A stretch of DNA of 63,169 nucleotides, filler included, from Choristocarpus tenellus KU-1152 (lineage: Eukaryota > Protista > Phaeophyceae), in assembly GCA_964200185.2 (NCBI GenBank). It is 10 parts of 10 records of this genome, joined end to end, with 100 filler letters (N's around TTAATTAATTAA, not from the genome) between each part and the next. Parts side by side here need not be neighbours in the genome. Positions count along the whole stretch, not along the records: positions 10,591 to 31,287 come from CAXNAD020000380.1; positions 31,388 to 39,385 come from CAXNAD020005286.1; 8 more parts are not named here. One strand, 5' to 3'. The first letter of the stretch is position 1, and each line of letters starts with the position of its first letter. The notes under the pieces are model-generated. The model was not told the DNA's origin and ran no database searches. It saw only the letters and a list, made by a program, of their open reading frames with translations. Below are positions 21,532-33,404 of this stretch, piece by piece. The position numbers and the translations under genes were made by a program.

Positions 21532-24438
21532 TGGAACATTTTGTCCACCGATAACAATGGATGTATATCGTAGGATGGTGATACATCCCTCTATACGTTC
21601 ATATAATGTATTTTGTTGTTATGAATCGTTGTATTTGATTAATGTATTTTATCTGTATGGTTTAAATAGCTTTTGTTTAGTTTACTGTGCTGCATCAAAT
21701 CTGTGGTTGTACCTGATATTAATCAGATATTGTTTTATCATCATATATATAGCACTGTATATACTCATTATTGATTCTAATGACCACTGAGATGCTGCAA
21801 TTCAGGTTGATCCATCCTCTAGTTTCCTTAATAATGTCTGTGCTACCACTTGTCTATTTAATCGACCTGAGCATTGTTGAGAACTCATGTGTACTGAACG
21901 TTTGAGTTTGTTTTATAACCCCCTGTTTCTAATGTCACAAGTTAATCATTGCTTCAATTGCACGGATGGAAGACAGAAGCAACAGGCAAGCCTGACTACT
22001 AGGAACATTTTTTGCTATTTCCATTCTTATTAGTATATAGACATTTTGGTCTTGGCTGTCATCCGTTAGAATAAGACATCCATATCAAGAGCAAAACCAA
22101 TTGAGAGATAGGCAGGTTGGACCCTTTTGCATCCTAAGCCATCTTTCTCACCCTGTGCAATACACTATTTCATTGCTTCATGTGCACAATAGTGTACGCA
22201 AAATCGACATCCCCCCTTTCCACGCACAAAGTGACACCATAATTCAGTAAAGGCTCTTTCTGTAAGTGTGCAAATTGGATCTTTTTGCCCATTTTTGGGG
22301 ATCCTTACAATGTAAATCTGCCTGCCTTCCAGTTGATTTGACTCAACATATTAATTTGTCCTTATCATGTAGCATAGTTGCTGCTACAAGGGCGCACTAC
22401 AACGCTCAATGATTTTGTATGGACAAGCGCTGGTGATCCTTCATCCAGACTGGCTCTGGTTATACTATTGGTGTTCCTCTCTCACACATTGGGTCCTCAA
22501 GCACTACTACGTATCATATCAACCTGAATCTACATAACATTCTGTCCTCATTGTTTCCAAGCAACGGGAATTTGCCACGTTTCAGTGTATGGCAGTGGGG
22601 ACATCGAACAAGCAATAATACTGAATCGTATGTTGGTCTAAGTATTGTTCTCAAATCCCAATGCGTTACAGGGTAGAGTTTATTACACAGGTTTCTCGAA
22701 ACTATATAGGAAAACATACTTCATCGTCTTTTAACATAATGAATTGGTGGATGGTATCATAATCGTATATATATATTGCTGATATAGGAGCTTATTTCAA
22801 CATCCCAAGGTTTTGTAATGACTGCCACATATGGTTCTTCCTGTCGGTCTGGATATACTTTTGGTGTTCTATTCTCTCACATCAGGTCTTCAAGCAGTAC
22901 TACTAACCCGAATTTACACGTGGTCATGTCTTCAACAATACTAAGAGAGAGAAGAGGAACACGCCGTTTCCAACATATAAACTTTAACTAGTGAATAAGT
23001 ATGAGTGTATTTGCTATGGTAATTTAAATGCTTTTTGCTGATATGAGACAAGCCAATATTATCAGATCTCTTGATGGGGCAACAGTGGCCATGGACTTGT
23101 ATAATTGGAGGAAATCTTTTAAGGCTGACAGCATCTATCTCATGTGTGGTACATCAGTGTATACAGGAAGAAATCAAAACGGAAAAAAAACGATCTGGGA
23201 AGGGGGATGGGGGAGGGAGAGGCAATTTTCTATTGTACGTATCTACAAGCGACTATTATCATCAGATGGGCGTGAATGTGTATGAATCTCTTGAATTATC
23301 CAATGACAAAAATGAGCACGTTCTGCCGAAGTTTTCAGATTATGTCGGATAAGAGTCATTGTCCAAAGATTTTTTTCCGAAATGTAAGTACCATGTATTG
23401 TAACTTGTTTGGCTTGTACCCGTGTTCCCATATCTAAATTAACTTTTTCTCTCACCACAAAAAAATTATGAGTAGTGGTGATATACCGTTCGTATCGATG
23501 AAGCTGCGAATTAAAACATGGAATGTTGGCAGCGTTTGGAAAAGCTGATTTTATTGTGCGGGAATTTGATGTAGCTGTGTAGTTGTTATGGTGGGGTAAT
23601 TACCACTGGATGTTTTACCCGTAAATCAGAAGATACAACCGAACCTATCAGCAACCGAGGAAGGGGCCCACGACAACATTGTACTATACGGGACAATGCC
23701 ATTATCATTTTGCAGGTGCTGTCGTGGAGGGGACAAGAAGTAACATACATACGAAGCAGAGAATGCAACGAACACAACAACAATACATTCTGTACTCGTT
23801 GTAGTAGTGAAGGCCTTCAAATACACCAAATACACCAACCGTAGGTGTGACACATTTGAAAGCGAGAAACCAACTCCATCCACGCTAGAAATGTACTGAT
23901 CGCCCTGGACCAGTCCTGCTAAATCGTAATATATGTTTCCTTTTTATTCCCTGTCAGACTACCACTCCAAGTGTGTGAAAATTGAAAATAGAGAGTCCTA
24001 TATAATAAACATTAGAAATGTAAAGCGTAGTTGAAGTATACTCTAAGCAAGACTTTTTTTCTGGTGAATATTGCAGAGTGATGAGTGGCAGCTCGGTCAG
24101 GTCACAATTTCTATGGGTCTGGTCCAGCGTCAGGTCAGTTGAACTTTCTGATGCCCCTACACTGGTCCTGTCAAATAGGATTTCAGCCGGACCAGCCCCC
24201 AGCCCGGTCCCATCATGTTCACCCAGTCCGGTGAAAGACCTCGAAAAAAACGTAATGTATCGTGTTAGCGCCCCTGCATAACTTAACTGAAGTTCCTCGA
24301 GAAAAGAGGCATGTTACAATGCACAATAATAGCGCTACTATCACCCCACCAAGGAACCCACTTCGAAGCTATTATTATTTGTGTGGTCTAGGTGGGATAC
24401 GTAATCCAGAGTATGCACATCGATCCCCGATCTCTCTC

Positions 24439-24440
<2 letters not shown>

Positions 24441-24481
<41 letters not shown>

Positions 24482-24497
24482 GTATATGTGTATGTGT
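24441..24497. repeat. (CA)n(TA)n microsatellite
   Basis: Direct sequence. Confidence 0.95.
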
Positions 24498-25973
24498 ACC
24501 AAGTAGGGCTGGGCAGGGACCTTGCACAAAAAATAGAGGACATATGATAGGTCAAATACTGTAGCAAAAGAGATACCCAATTTGTACAAAGGTTGTTGTC
24601 TAACGTACAGATACCGCTCCAACATTGGTTGGTGTAGTCAGTCGCGCAACCCACCCTCTTGGTGTAACAGTGTTACCTCAATTCTTCACAAAATCAAACA
24701 TAGACGCTTCCAATATTTGATCAGTCAAACCTTAGGGAGTAAACTACGTGACGTACACTACTCACTATGTACTGCGCTCACTGCTGCTCAAGTACTCTGT
24801 CACAGCAAACGAGCACAAAAACCGGTAAAATAACCTGACTAGTTATTTAACAGTGAAAACGTATGTCTGTATCAAAAGGACCTTGATTTTTGTAGCGATC
24901 ATGTCAAAAAAAAAAGGGAAAATGAATTTCCGAACAAACGCCACAAACCAGTCGAATGTCAAACGATGGGTAAATATACTCGATATATGTAGCGAAGGAA
25001 CATCCAAACTTTGAAGGTGTGAGAGAGCTTCATACGAAGCAGTGCAAGAATCGTCACGAGATAGACCCTTGCCAAGGAACATGAATTTTGAAGTAGGAAA
25101 ATGAAAGTATGCAAGATTTACAATGTTTTTGTTAATTCGACGCAGAAATTCAGCATGAGACATGAGATGTGAGACATTGGACCTTACACTTTAGACATCG
25201 TGCCTGCCCAACACTGTGCCCAACGAAAACCTATCAGCAGAAACATGCATGACCAATCGAGAATCCTTGCCTCACGAGGCACTAGAATCCCTACAAGTCG
25301 AAAATAAGTGTGAGAAAGGCTACCTCGAGGATAGACAACAAATCCCTTTCAAACATAAGTTAAGTGAACCTGCATTTGCAAACAACATGAGCCCAATTCC
25401 ACACTTCCCCAACTGTCAGACGAAGACTTCAAATCTTCCCTGCTGTACCACTTGGTGTAGTAGTAAATACACTACACGACAAACAACTCCCACCAGCCCC
25501 CTTCGACCCAAACGCACATTGTACGAAGCCCTGGCACACTCGACAACCGAAGGCATGTACAACAAACAAGAAAACAATCTACTCAATGTATCCTCCACAC
25601 ACTACCACACACTGTCCTCTATCACCTTCATACCTAAATTCCACATCCTAACTCTCGAACTTTCCCTAGTGTTGTCACTTATTACACAATTCACCGAGAG
25701 ACATGACTATGACCCCCTTAGTCACTTGTCTCCAGGTGATCAAAACGACAGAAGAGATCCCAAAGGATGCATTATCCAACCAGAGAACCGACGTCGCTTT
25801 TAGTTACAGAAGCCAGCAGCCCCTGCAGAGCAGAAAAAAGAGGTGGAGCAGTTAGGGTAAGTCAAAATATTGACTTACTGTAATAGTTGGTCAGGTACAC
25901 ACACATTTCCCCTGCACAAGACTTACACAAACAAAAACAAATTCATAGCCATCCTACTCCCCACCTAGATGGC

Positions 25974-27923
25974 CTAGCGACCGCGTAGATTCGACTTGGA
26001 ATCCTTCGTGTCCTTAGCGTCCTTCATATCCATGGAATTCTTCACGTCTTTTGAATCCTTCATGTCCTTGGAGTCTTTCACGTCTTTTGAATCCTTCATG
26101 TTCTTGGAATCCTTCCTATCCTTGGAATCCTTCATGTCCTTGGAATCCTTTGAGTACGAATCCTTGGAGTCCTTCTTTCCACCCATGTCCCTATTGTCAT
26201 CCTTGGAGTAAGAGTCCTTGGAATCCTTCGACTTGAAATCCTTTGAGTACGAATCCTTGGAGTCCTTCTTTCCACCCATGTCCTTCTTGTCATCCTTGGA
26301 GTCCTTCGAGTAAGAGTCCTTGGAATCCTTCGACTTGAAATCCTTTGAGTACGAATCCTTGGAGTCCTTCTTTCCACCCATGTCCTTCTTGTCATCCTTG
26401 GAGTCCTTCGAGTAAGAGTCCTTGGAATGCTTCGACTTGGAATCCTTCAAGTCCTTCTTGTCATCCTTGGAGTCCTTGGAGTAAGAATCCTTGGAGTCCT
26501 TCGACTTGGAATCCTTTGAGTAAGAATCCTTTGAGTAAGAATCCTTCGAGTCCTTCTTTCCACCCATGTCCTTCTTGTCATCCTTGGAGTCCTTGGAGTA
26601 AGAGTTCTTGGAGTCCTTCGACTTGGAATCCTTCAAGTCCTTGTCATCCTTCGAGTCCTTCGAGTAAGAGTCCTTGGAATCCTTCGACTTGGAATCCTTT
26701 GAATACGAATCCTTGGAGTCCTTCTTTCCACCCATGTCCTTCTTGTCATCCTTGGAGTCCTTGGAGTAAGAGTCCTTGGAATACTTCGACTTGGAATACT
26801 TCAAGTCCTTATTGTCATCCTTGGAGTCCTTGGAGTACGAATCCTTGGAATCCTTCGACTTGGAATCCTTTGAGTAAGAATCCTTGGAGAAAGAATCCTT
26901 GGAGTAAGAATCCTTGGAGTCCTTCTTTCCACCCATGTCCTTCTTGTCATCCTTGGAGTAAGAGTCCTTGGAGTCCTTCTTTCCACCCATGTCCTTCTTG
27001 TCATCCTTCGAGTCCTTAGAGTAAGAGTCCTTGGAATCCTTCGACTTGGAATCCTTCAAGTCCTTCTTGTCATCCTTCGAGTCCTTGGAGTAAGAATCCT
27101 TGGAGTCCTTCGACTTGGAATCCTTTGAGTAAGAATCCTTCGAGTCCTTCTTTCCACCCATGTCCTTCTTGTCATCCTTGGAGTCCTTCGAGTAAGAGTC
27201 CTTGGAATCCTTCGACTTGGAATCCTTTGAATACGAATCCTTGGAGTCCTTCTTTCCACCCATTTCCTTCTTGTCATCCTTGGAGTCCTTCGAGTAAGAG
27301 TCCTTGGAATCCTTCGACTTGGAATCCTTTGAGTACGAATCCTTGGAGTCCTTCTTTCTACCCATGTCCTTGTCATCCTTGAAGTCCTTGGAGTAAGAGT
27401 CATTGGAATCCTTCGACTTGGAATCCTTTGAATAAGAATCCTTGGAGTCCTTCTTTCCACCCATGTCCTTCTTGTCATCCTTGGAGTCCTTCGAGTAAGA
27501 GTCCTTGGAATCCTTCGACTTGGAATCCCTTGAGTAAGAATCCTTGGAGTCCTTCTTTCCACCCATGTCCTTCTTGTCATCCTTGGAGTCCTTGGAGTAA
27601 GAGTCATTGGAATCCTTCGACTGGGAATCCTTCAAGTCCTTCTTGTCATCCTTGGAGTCCTTCGAGTAAGAGTCCTTGGAATCCTTCGACTTGGAATCCT
27701 TTGAGTAAGAATCCTTGGAGTCCTTCTTTCCACCCATGTCCTTCTTGTCATCCTTGGAGTCCTTGGAGTAAGAGTCCTTTGAATCCTTCGAATGTGGATC
27801 CTTTGAGTACGAATCCTTGGAGTCCTTGTTTCCACCCATGTCCTTCTTGTCATCCTTGAAGTCCTTGGAGTGAGAGTCCTTTGAATCCTTCGATTTGGAA
27901 TCCTTCATTGACGGGGGAGGCAT
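25974..27923 (-). CDS. Lys/Asp/Ser-rich tandem-repeat protein (649 aa; probably the last exon of a longer gene)
   Basis: Uninterrupted 1950-nt ORF with recurrent 34-aa unit KDSKSKDSKDSYSKDSKDDKKDMGGKKDSKDSYS and much synonymous codon variation. Acceptor-like tgtttccag lies just upstream. Ends DSKSNLRGR*. Confidence 0.85.
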   Translation of the reverse strand: MPPPSMKDSKSKDSKDSHSKDFKDDKKDMGGNKDSKDSYSKDPHSKDSKDSYSKDSKDDKKDMGGKKDSKDSYSKDSKSKDSKDSYSKDSKDDKKDLKDSQSKDSNDSYSKDSKDDKKDMGGKKDSKDSYSRDSKSKDSKDSYSKDSKDDKKDMGGKKDSKDSYSKDSKSKDSNDSYSKDFKDDKDMGRKKDSKDSYSKDSKSKDSKDSYSKDSKDDKKEMGGKKDSKDSYSKDSKSKDSKDSYSKDSKDDKKDMGGKKDSKDSYSKDSKSKDSKDSYSKDSKDDKKDLKDSKSKDSKDSYSKDSKDDKKDMGGKKDSKDSYSKDDKKDMGGKKDSKDSYSKDSFSKDSYSKDSKSKDSKDSYSKDSKDDNKDLKYSKSKYSKDSYSKDSKDDKKDMGGKKDSKDSYSKDSKSKDSKDSYSKDSKDDKDLKDSKSKDSKNSYSKDSKDDKKDMGGKKDSKDSYSKDSYSKDSKSKDSKDSYSKDSKDDKKDLKDSKSKHSKDSYSKDSKDDKKDMGGKKDSKDSYSKDFKSKDSKDSYSKDSKDDKKDMGGKKDSKDSYSKDFKSKDSKDSYSKDDNRDMGGKKDSKDSYSKDSKDMKDSKDRKDSKNMKDSKDVKDSKDMKDSKDVKNSMDMKDAKDTKDSKSNLRGR

Positions 27924-28265
27924 TGTCAGTGTAGTGCTGGAAACAAAACATGTGGCACTTGGGAAATTCTATCCTTATCGGTCTTGAGCGCTAGACATTA
28001 ACCCCGCTGATGAAGTCCAATCCATCTGACGAAATAAGTTGTAGTCATTAGTGCTCAATCTGCTGTCATAATTGGGAAGTCAGGGTCTATGAGTGGTTAA
28101 CCCTTTAGCAAGTATGCTATCATGCTCGGGTTGCCTTTGGTAAGGCGGTTTCCCACCTTCCTTGCCGTTGCTTGTATGGCTCCAGTACATTACCACGGCG
28201 TTTTTCGGTGAGGAACAGCTATTGCAATAAAACGTAACACCTACACGCTTATGAGACCCTGTCAC

Positions 28266-28376
28266 CTTAGAGGCCCTTCTCTTGTGGTTCCTGTGGCCCT
28301 TGGAGTCCTTGCTGCCGCTGCAATCCTTCGAGTCTTTGCTCTCCTCATATTCCTTGTATCTCCTTTCCTGATGCAT
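28266..28376 (-). CDS. Probable upstream exon of the K/D/S repeat gene
   Basis: MHQERRYKEYEESKDSKDCSGSKDSKGHRNHKRRASK has the same SKDSK motif and strand. The obvious donor (aag|gtgac) does not match the phase of the downstream acceptor, so the structure is unresolved. Confidence 0.45.
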
Positions 28377-29940
28377 GACGACACCATGTACACAAGTTTA
28401 GTTGATGGGAGGACTGAGCCGTTGCGAAAAGGCGCAGACAAGCTGTACGTATTAGAATATCACGACGGTGGCGTGCAAGGTGCATACTCACAAGGCGGGC
28501 GAGGTGAACAGAATTGTAGCCCATTTCTACGCAAGGGCGTGACTGAACTGGAGTTTAAACAGCATATATTTGTCATGGTTAGGAAAATCAATAGAGTACT
28601 TTTCGCGAGACTGGAAGAAGTGCATCATTAGTTTGTTTTTGTCGAGTGCAACTAAAAGAGCCCTCACCGCCAGCATGCGCAGAGCATGGTATGTGCCTCT
28701 TTCAGCGTCATTCGCGTAGCCCTGGGTCATCCGCGTTCACGCCATTTCCGTCAGCAGGTAGGTGGAGAAGAATTATGGGCAAGAAACGTGATCGAAGGTT
28801 AAGTGAGAAATCAGGTAAGCGATTGATGCTGGCGCGTGAGGAAAAGTGTCACGTCAGAGTCAACTTCGACAGGCCTGAGCCCTGAGATCAACCCTGGGCA
28901 TGTTGAAGCCACTCATCCACACAAAGCCCTCACCCTCAGTCGTTGTTCACGGACTTGGACACCCTCGCCAGAGTCGACACCGTGAAGAGCTGTACCAGCA
29001 GCGCTAAGGCCGAGGTAGGCGACAATTGCAAGGGAGCATAGCTTCATGGTGTCACCAAGCGACCTTCCTCGTTGGTATGACCTAAGATCCCAACCTTTGA
29101 TTTGGCTGAGTCTGAATGGAGGGATGGTGAGGAGGGTGTAATGATAACTGATTGTGACCCCCCACTATTTCTTTGTCCTTTACTGTGTTTGGTGCGGTGA
29201 CGGTTAGATCTCTTGCATTTTGCAATGAGATTTTGTTTTCATGATTCTCCTTGTTATACTTGGAAAACAGTGACGGAAGGGACATGTAGGTACTGGATTT
29301 TGCCGTATGTTATGGGGCCTTCTATGGAAAGGAACACAAAAATATGCAGTAGTACAAAAAATGACACAAAAGCGTACCAATCTCCAATCGAGCAGCAGTC
29401 ACTTGTCCACTGGAAGGACCCCACACTCTCGAGAAATTTCTCCTTCTTTCCTTCTTGTAACGAAAGAGAATTTTTCTTGTTCTTGTTGAATATATAATAG
29501 AGCTGTCAGCTGATGTGGTCATAACGCACAGTAAAGTATTCTGCATACCGTACAGTTCTATCATACTAACCTAATAATTTTGCTTATTATGTGGTTATGA
29601 TGCACCTCCTACATTTAGACCCCTTCAACATTTACATAATATTTACGGACAGACGTTCAATGTTGTACACCAATTACAGATGAAATAACACACTTTACAA
29701 CTCAACAGTTCTTATCCGCTCTACCTTCTCATGAATTCTATTACATCAAAGTCCTTCTCATATGATGAACTCTCAAATAAAACACCACAATAAGAAGAAA
29801 TTATAATAACGTGGGAAATGGAGAAGTAGCAAAACACATCTGTCTCCAGAATATAGGTGGGAGTGTTCTGGCGAGTTGTCGGACTCTATCGGTCGAATAT
29901 GGGGCTAACTGACGGAGTTGGTCCAAGAAAACAATATGAT

Positions 29941-30100
29941 TGGTTTCCCCCTGACACATCTGCAAAATGTCAGAGGGCATAATAATAAAATATGAAACAG
30001 TACAAAAATATAGAAGAATAAAGTGCGAAATGTCAGAGGGGGTGGGTAATGTTATAATTTTTCCCTTGTTTCATGTGGAAAATGTCAGAGGGTATAAAAA
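29941..30100. repeat. Repeat family D end (CCCCTGACACATCTGCAAAATGTCAGAGGGCATAATAA) with three AAATGTCAGAGGG motifs
   Basis: Related copies at about 38965-39040, 39284-39305, 41624-41695, 42001-42039 and 60860-60912. Confidence 0.7.
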
Positions 30101-31118
30101 TAAGATTAACTAAAGTTCATGGAGAACAATTGGTATATCGTGTTATAACCATGTACTATGTATGGAAAACGACCCAAATTAATAATTCCGTTGAAAATCT
30201 CGGAGAAGACGTCGTCGCATATTAATGTATCAACTTTTTAGAGAGAAGTCTTTTGGAAGGTGAGAGGGTTTTTTATTGGTTGATTTACTGGGCACACAGG
30301 CGACCAGGTTGACGGGGCCACTCCGTTCCTATTTTACTATTGTCCAGTATATTCTGTTTCGATTTTTCGCTCGGAAGACCAGACAGACCAAGGCGAACCG
30401 CAACCGAGAGGGGGAGGTTAGTTGGATGTCTCTCTATCAGAAAAAATCTTTAGTGAATGCTGTGAGGCACAGATGATGCTAAAAACAACAAAGCTCCTAC
30501 CAAGATCGAACTGCAATGCTTAATTTACATCAAGATTGTATTTCCCTCCAGCATGCATAGGTTCTTCCAGCTTCAATAACTCGGGTATGCTCCAATGCAC
30601 CTCAAAGCTGATACTGGTCACCCCAGGCCCCAATCAATGCAACACCTTCTGAAGAGTCCTTATGTCACCTTCATCTCATGTGTCGTTGGCGCGATGCTTG
30701 AGCATACACGATACACACCTGAACTGCAATCGTCCAAATGTAGCCCTCCAGGTGTCTATCGTAGGTAGATCCTCTCCAGTCCTGGATTGGGCAAGGGAGG
30801 ACACGGTGGGGCAGCGGGTACAAGCTTGAATGCCCTTAGTTATATCTCGTGGGGTCCCCTCCCCTGCTTAGACATGAGAAACTCCATGTCTAGTGGCAAA
30901 TGATGAACACCTTGCAGGTGTTTCTTCTACCAACGTCTTGGCCCTGCATAGGGCAAGGCAACACATCAGGGCACAACAAGGGGGTTATAATAGATTTTAT
31001 ATACCTTGGCAACATGCCACCGCTTCACTTTAGCATGCCATCCAGGCAGGGGGACACGGAAAATGTGCATGGTAACAGCGCCGTTTTGAAGCCATTTCAA
31101 CTACACGATATGAGAGAG

Positions 31119-31287
31119 GGGTCAAAGTATCTGGGGGGGGGGTGTTGGCGTACGTTTTTTTTTCACCCTTTTTTCGATTTTCACTTTTTTGGTGTGATTT
31201 GGTCGCACGTGTCGGATTTGAATTATCAGCAAAAAAAAGAGTTGTTTGACCGAAACGGACGCCCCCTCCCAACACAACCACCCCCAC
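31119..31287. mobile_element. MITE family C copy, truncated by contig end
   Basis: gggtcaaagtatctggggggg... with internal match to 1-98. Confidence 0.8.
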
Positions 31288-31614
31288 NNNNNNNNNNNNN
31301 NNNNNNNNNNNNNNNNNNNNNNNNNNNNNNNTTAATTAATTAANNNNNNNNNNNNNNNNNNNNNNNNNNNNNNNNNNNNNNNNNNNNCGCCCCTGTCTCA
31401 CCGGTGATGGCGATAAGGCCACGGCCAAGCTGCCGGGAGGCGAGGGGGGGGGGGGAGTGGGTGGGAGGGACATGTGTGGACATGATGCCATTCGCAATAG
31501 TGTGCCGTAGCAGGAGTGGATGAAGAGATCCTTTGGGTGGACGGCTCGGTCAGTATGACCAGCTATTACGCGTAAGAGTTAATCAATAAATGCACCAAAT
31601 ACAAGCACCACCTT

Positions 31615-32038
31615 CTCGGATATTCCAGAAAAAACCCCTCGGACTCTGTCCAGCTTCCCCTCGTGAACCAGTCAACTTCGACAAGGGCGACGCCCCGTCA
31701 TCCCTCCCCACCTTCAATTGTACAGATTCCACCATGACGAGGTTATCGACTTTAATGCTATCTATGCACGATAAGGTCTCAACCCTCTCCTCCTCAATAG
31801 CACGATCTTCATCCCTTCCCACGTCCTTTGCACCCTTCTCCTCTGCCATACCATCCAAGGTACATGAGCATCCAACTTCAGGCCTACCGAAGCTCATTGG
31901 CAAAGGGCCACACCATGGACGCGCAAGTGCATGGATACGGGATCTTCGATAAACGACAGTTTCTACACTCGTTGAGTATAATCTCAAGGGCATAAAACAC
32001 ATGCAAGGCGCCTGAATGGCGAGGAAGCAGATTGCCAT
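31615..32038 (-). CDS. Possible first exon of an unknown protein with a signal or plastid-targeting-like N-terminus
   Basis: MAICFLAIQAPCMCFMPLRL... then an acidic segment, within the 184-aa ORF 31583..32137. Head-to-head with the GT31 gene. No recognisable domain. Confidence 0.35.
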
Positions 32039-32407
32039 CAGGTGAACATGTGCTGCCGAAAAAGGCGATTGAGCAGATGTAGAACACGCATGACGATCAA
32101 GCTTCCAGCAAGTCCTCCCCACTCTAATTGATTTCATCCTCGATGTTCTTGTTCGTTGTATTGTCCTTCATCCACACTCTCCACATTCGCCTTGTAAGAG
32201 AGTAGTCGCAGCAAATTTGGTGTACAAATCAAACTAGTGTAAAATTACCATTGTAGGGGTAAGATCATTGGACAACAAAAACACAACGAAGGGGACTTCC
32301 AGTTGAGAAATATGTTATGTTAATAATACTGTTATATTCCAACAACTACAGGAAACGAATGGGAAACTCACAACTTGGAAAACAACGGCGCTGACACCAA
32401 GCAGCCT

Positions 32408-32569
32408 ATGGTGTGTGTGGTGGCCAGGTTGACACCGAGACAAGCAAGTCAATATGCTGTCTTGGGAATAACCCTGTTCGCTGTAGTGGGTTCCTTCTTC
32501 ACCACTATGTTCTTGATCAGGAGGGATTCCAAAGAAGGGTATTCCACAGTTCCCTTCCAGCTGTCAGAG
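32408..32569 (+). CDS. GT31 fusion gene exon 1: cytoplasmic tail and type II transmembrane anchor
   Basis: MVCVVARLTPRQASQYAVLGITLFAVVGSFFTTMFLIRR..., 162 nt, donor gag|gtgggt, phase 0. Confidence 0.7.
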
Positions 32570-32670
32570 GTGGGTTGATACGTATCCAGCGTTACTTATT
32601 ATAGGGAGTAGGTATGTTCTTGTATGCAATTGATTCATGAGATGTCTCCCCTAACATGTTACAGCCATAG

Positions 32671-32745
32671 AGCAGTCTGGTGGGCAGATCCTGGCTCGAA
32701 GTATTCGATTGCGATGGCCCTCAGGCCTTAGTGAGTGCAGTTAAG
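32671..32745 (+). CDS. GT31 fusion gene probable exon 2 (stem)
   Basis: ctaac branch-like motif, catag| acceptor, SSLVGRSWLEVFDCDGPQALVSAVK. Phase-0 donors at 32731 (gtgagt) or 32746 (gtagga). Confidence 0.5.
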
Positions 32746-33404
32746 GTAGGACCACGGCCAATACGTGGTGAGGTGCTGCTCCTGAGAGGGCAGAGCCATA
32801 AGAGAGGTCGTCTTGGATTGCTTGACAACATCCTAATATTTGTAACGAGGGAGCCTTTTTCCCAGGACTGCGGTAGGGCTTTAACCTGGGAGACGATAGA
32901 CAACTGATAACAGCTAGAGTGGAAATATATAGTTGTCGCTGGTCCTTTGTCAAAGGAATGGATAGTGGTACTGTGGTCTGTAGCCGTTACAAGTTAGGAT
33001 CAGACAATCAGGGTGGGCAATGCTTGTCGAGGTCATTTCCACAATAGCTGCAACGAGACCCTATGCAGCTGCAGGTGATGCAGATGTCATCGACAAGGAA
33101 ATTACTTCGCTCTGAAAAGATTCCGTGTTGTTGCAGTTGGAACCCAGCATCGTTTTTCAGGTTTCGTTCGTGCGTATGTAGGTCTGATTATGCTCTGGGG
33201 AATCAAGACCATGCAAGAGCGCAGGATGAATATGGTGGTTGGACAGGGATTATTGAACACATTTCAACAGGAAAGGCAAGCCAAATCACGCAGGCCAATC
33301 AACCCCGAATGCCCCATCCCATCCCCCACCGACTTCACCCAATTGCTTCTACTTTCCTTTGCTACTTTCTGCCTTGAATGTATGCATGCTCTCTAACCCA
33401 GCAG

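Noticed and set aside
24080-24560. GGTC/CCGG-rich element resembling brown algal non-autonomous repeats
   Set aside because: Too degenerate; no TIR pair or TSD could be established.
25996-27859. Overlapping ORFs in other frames and on the + strand (PWSP-, RTPR-, LESF-rich)
   Set aside because: Shadow frames of the K/D/S repeat, broken by stops, while the main frame is intact.
25974-27923. Non-coding minisatellite
   Set aside because: Variation is largely synonymous and indels preserve the frame over 1.95 kb.
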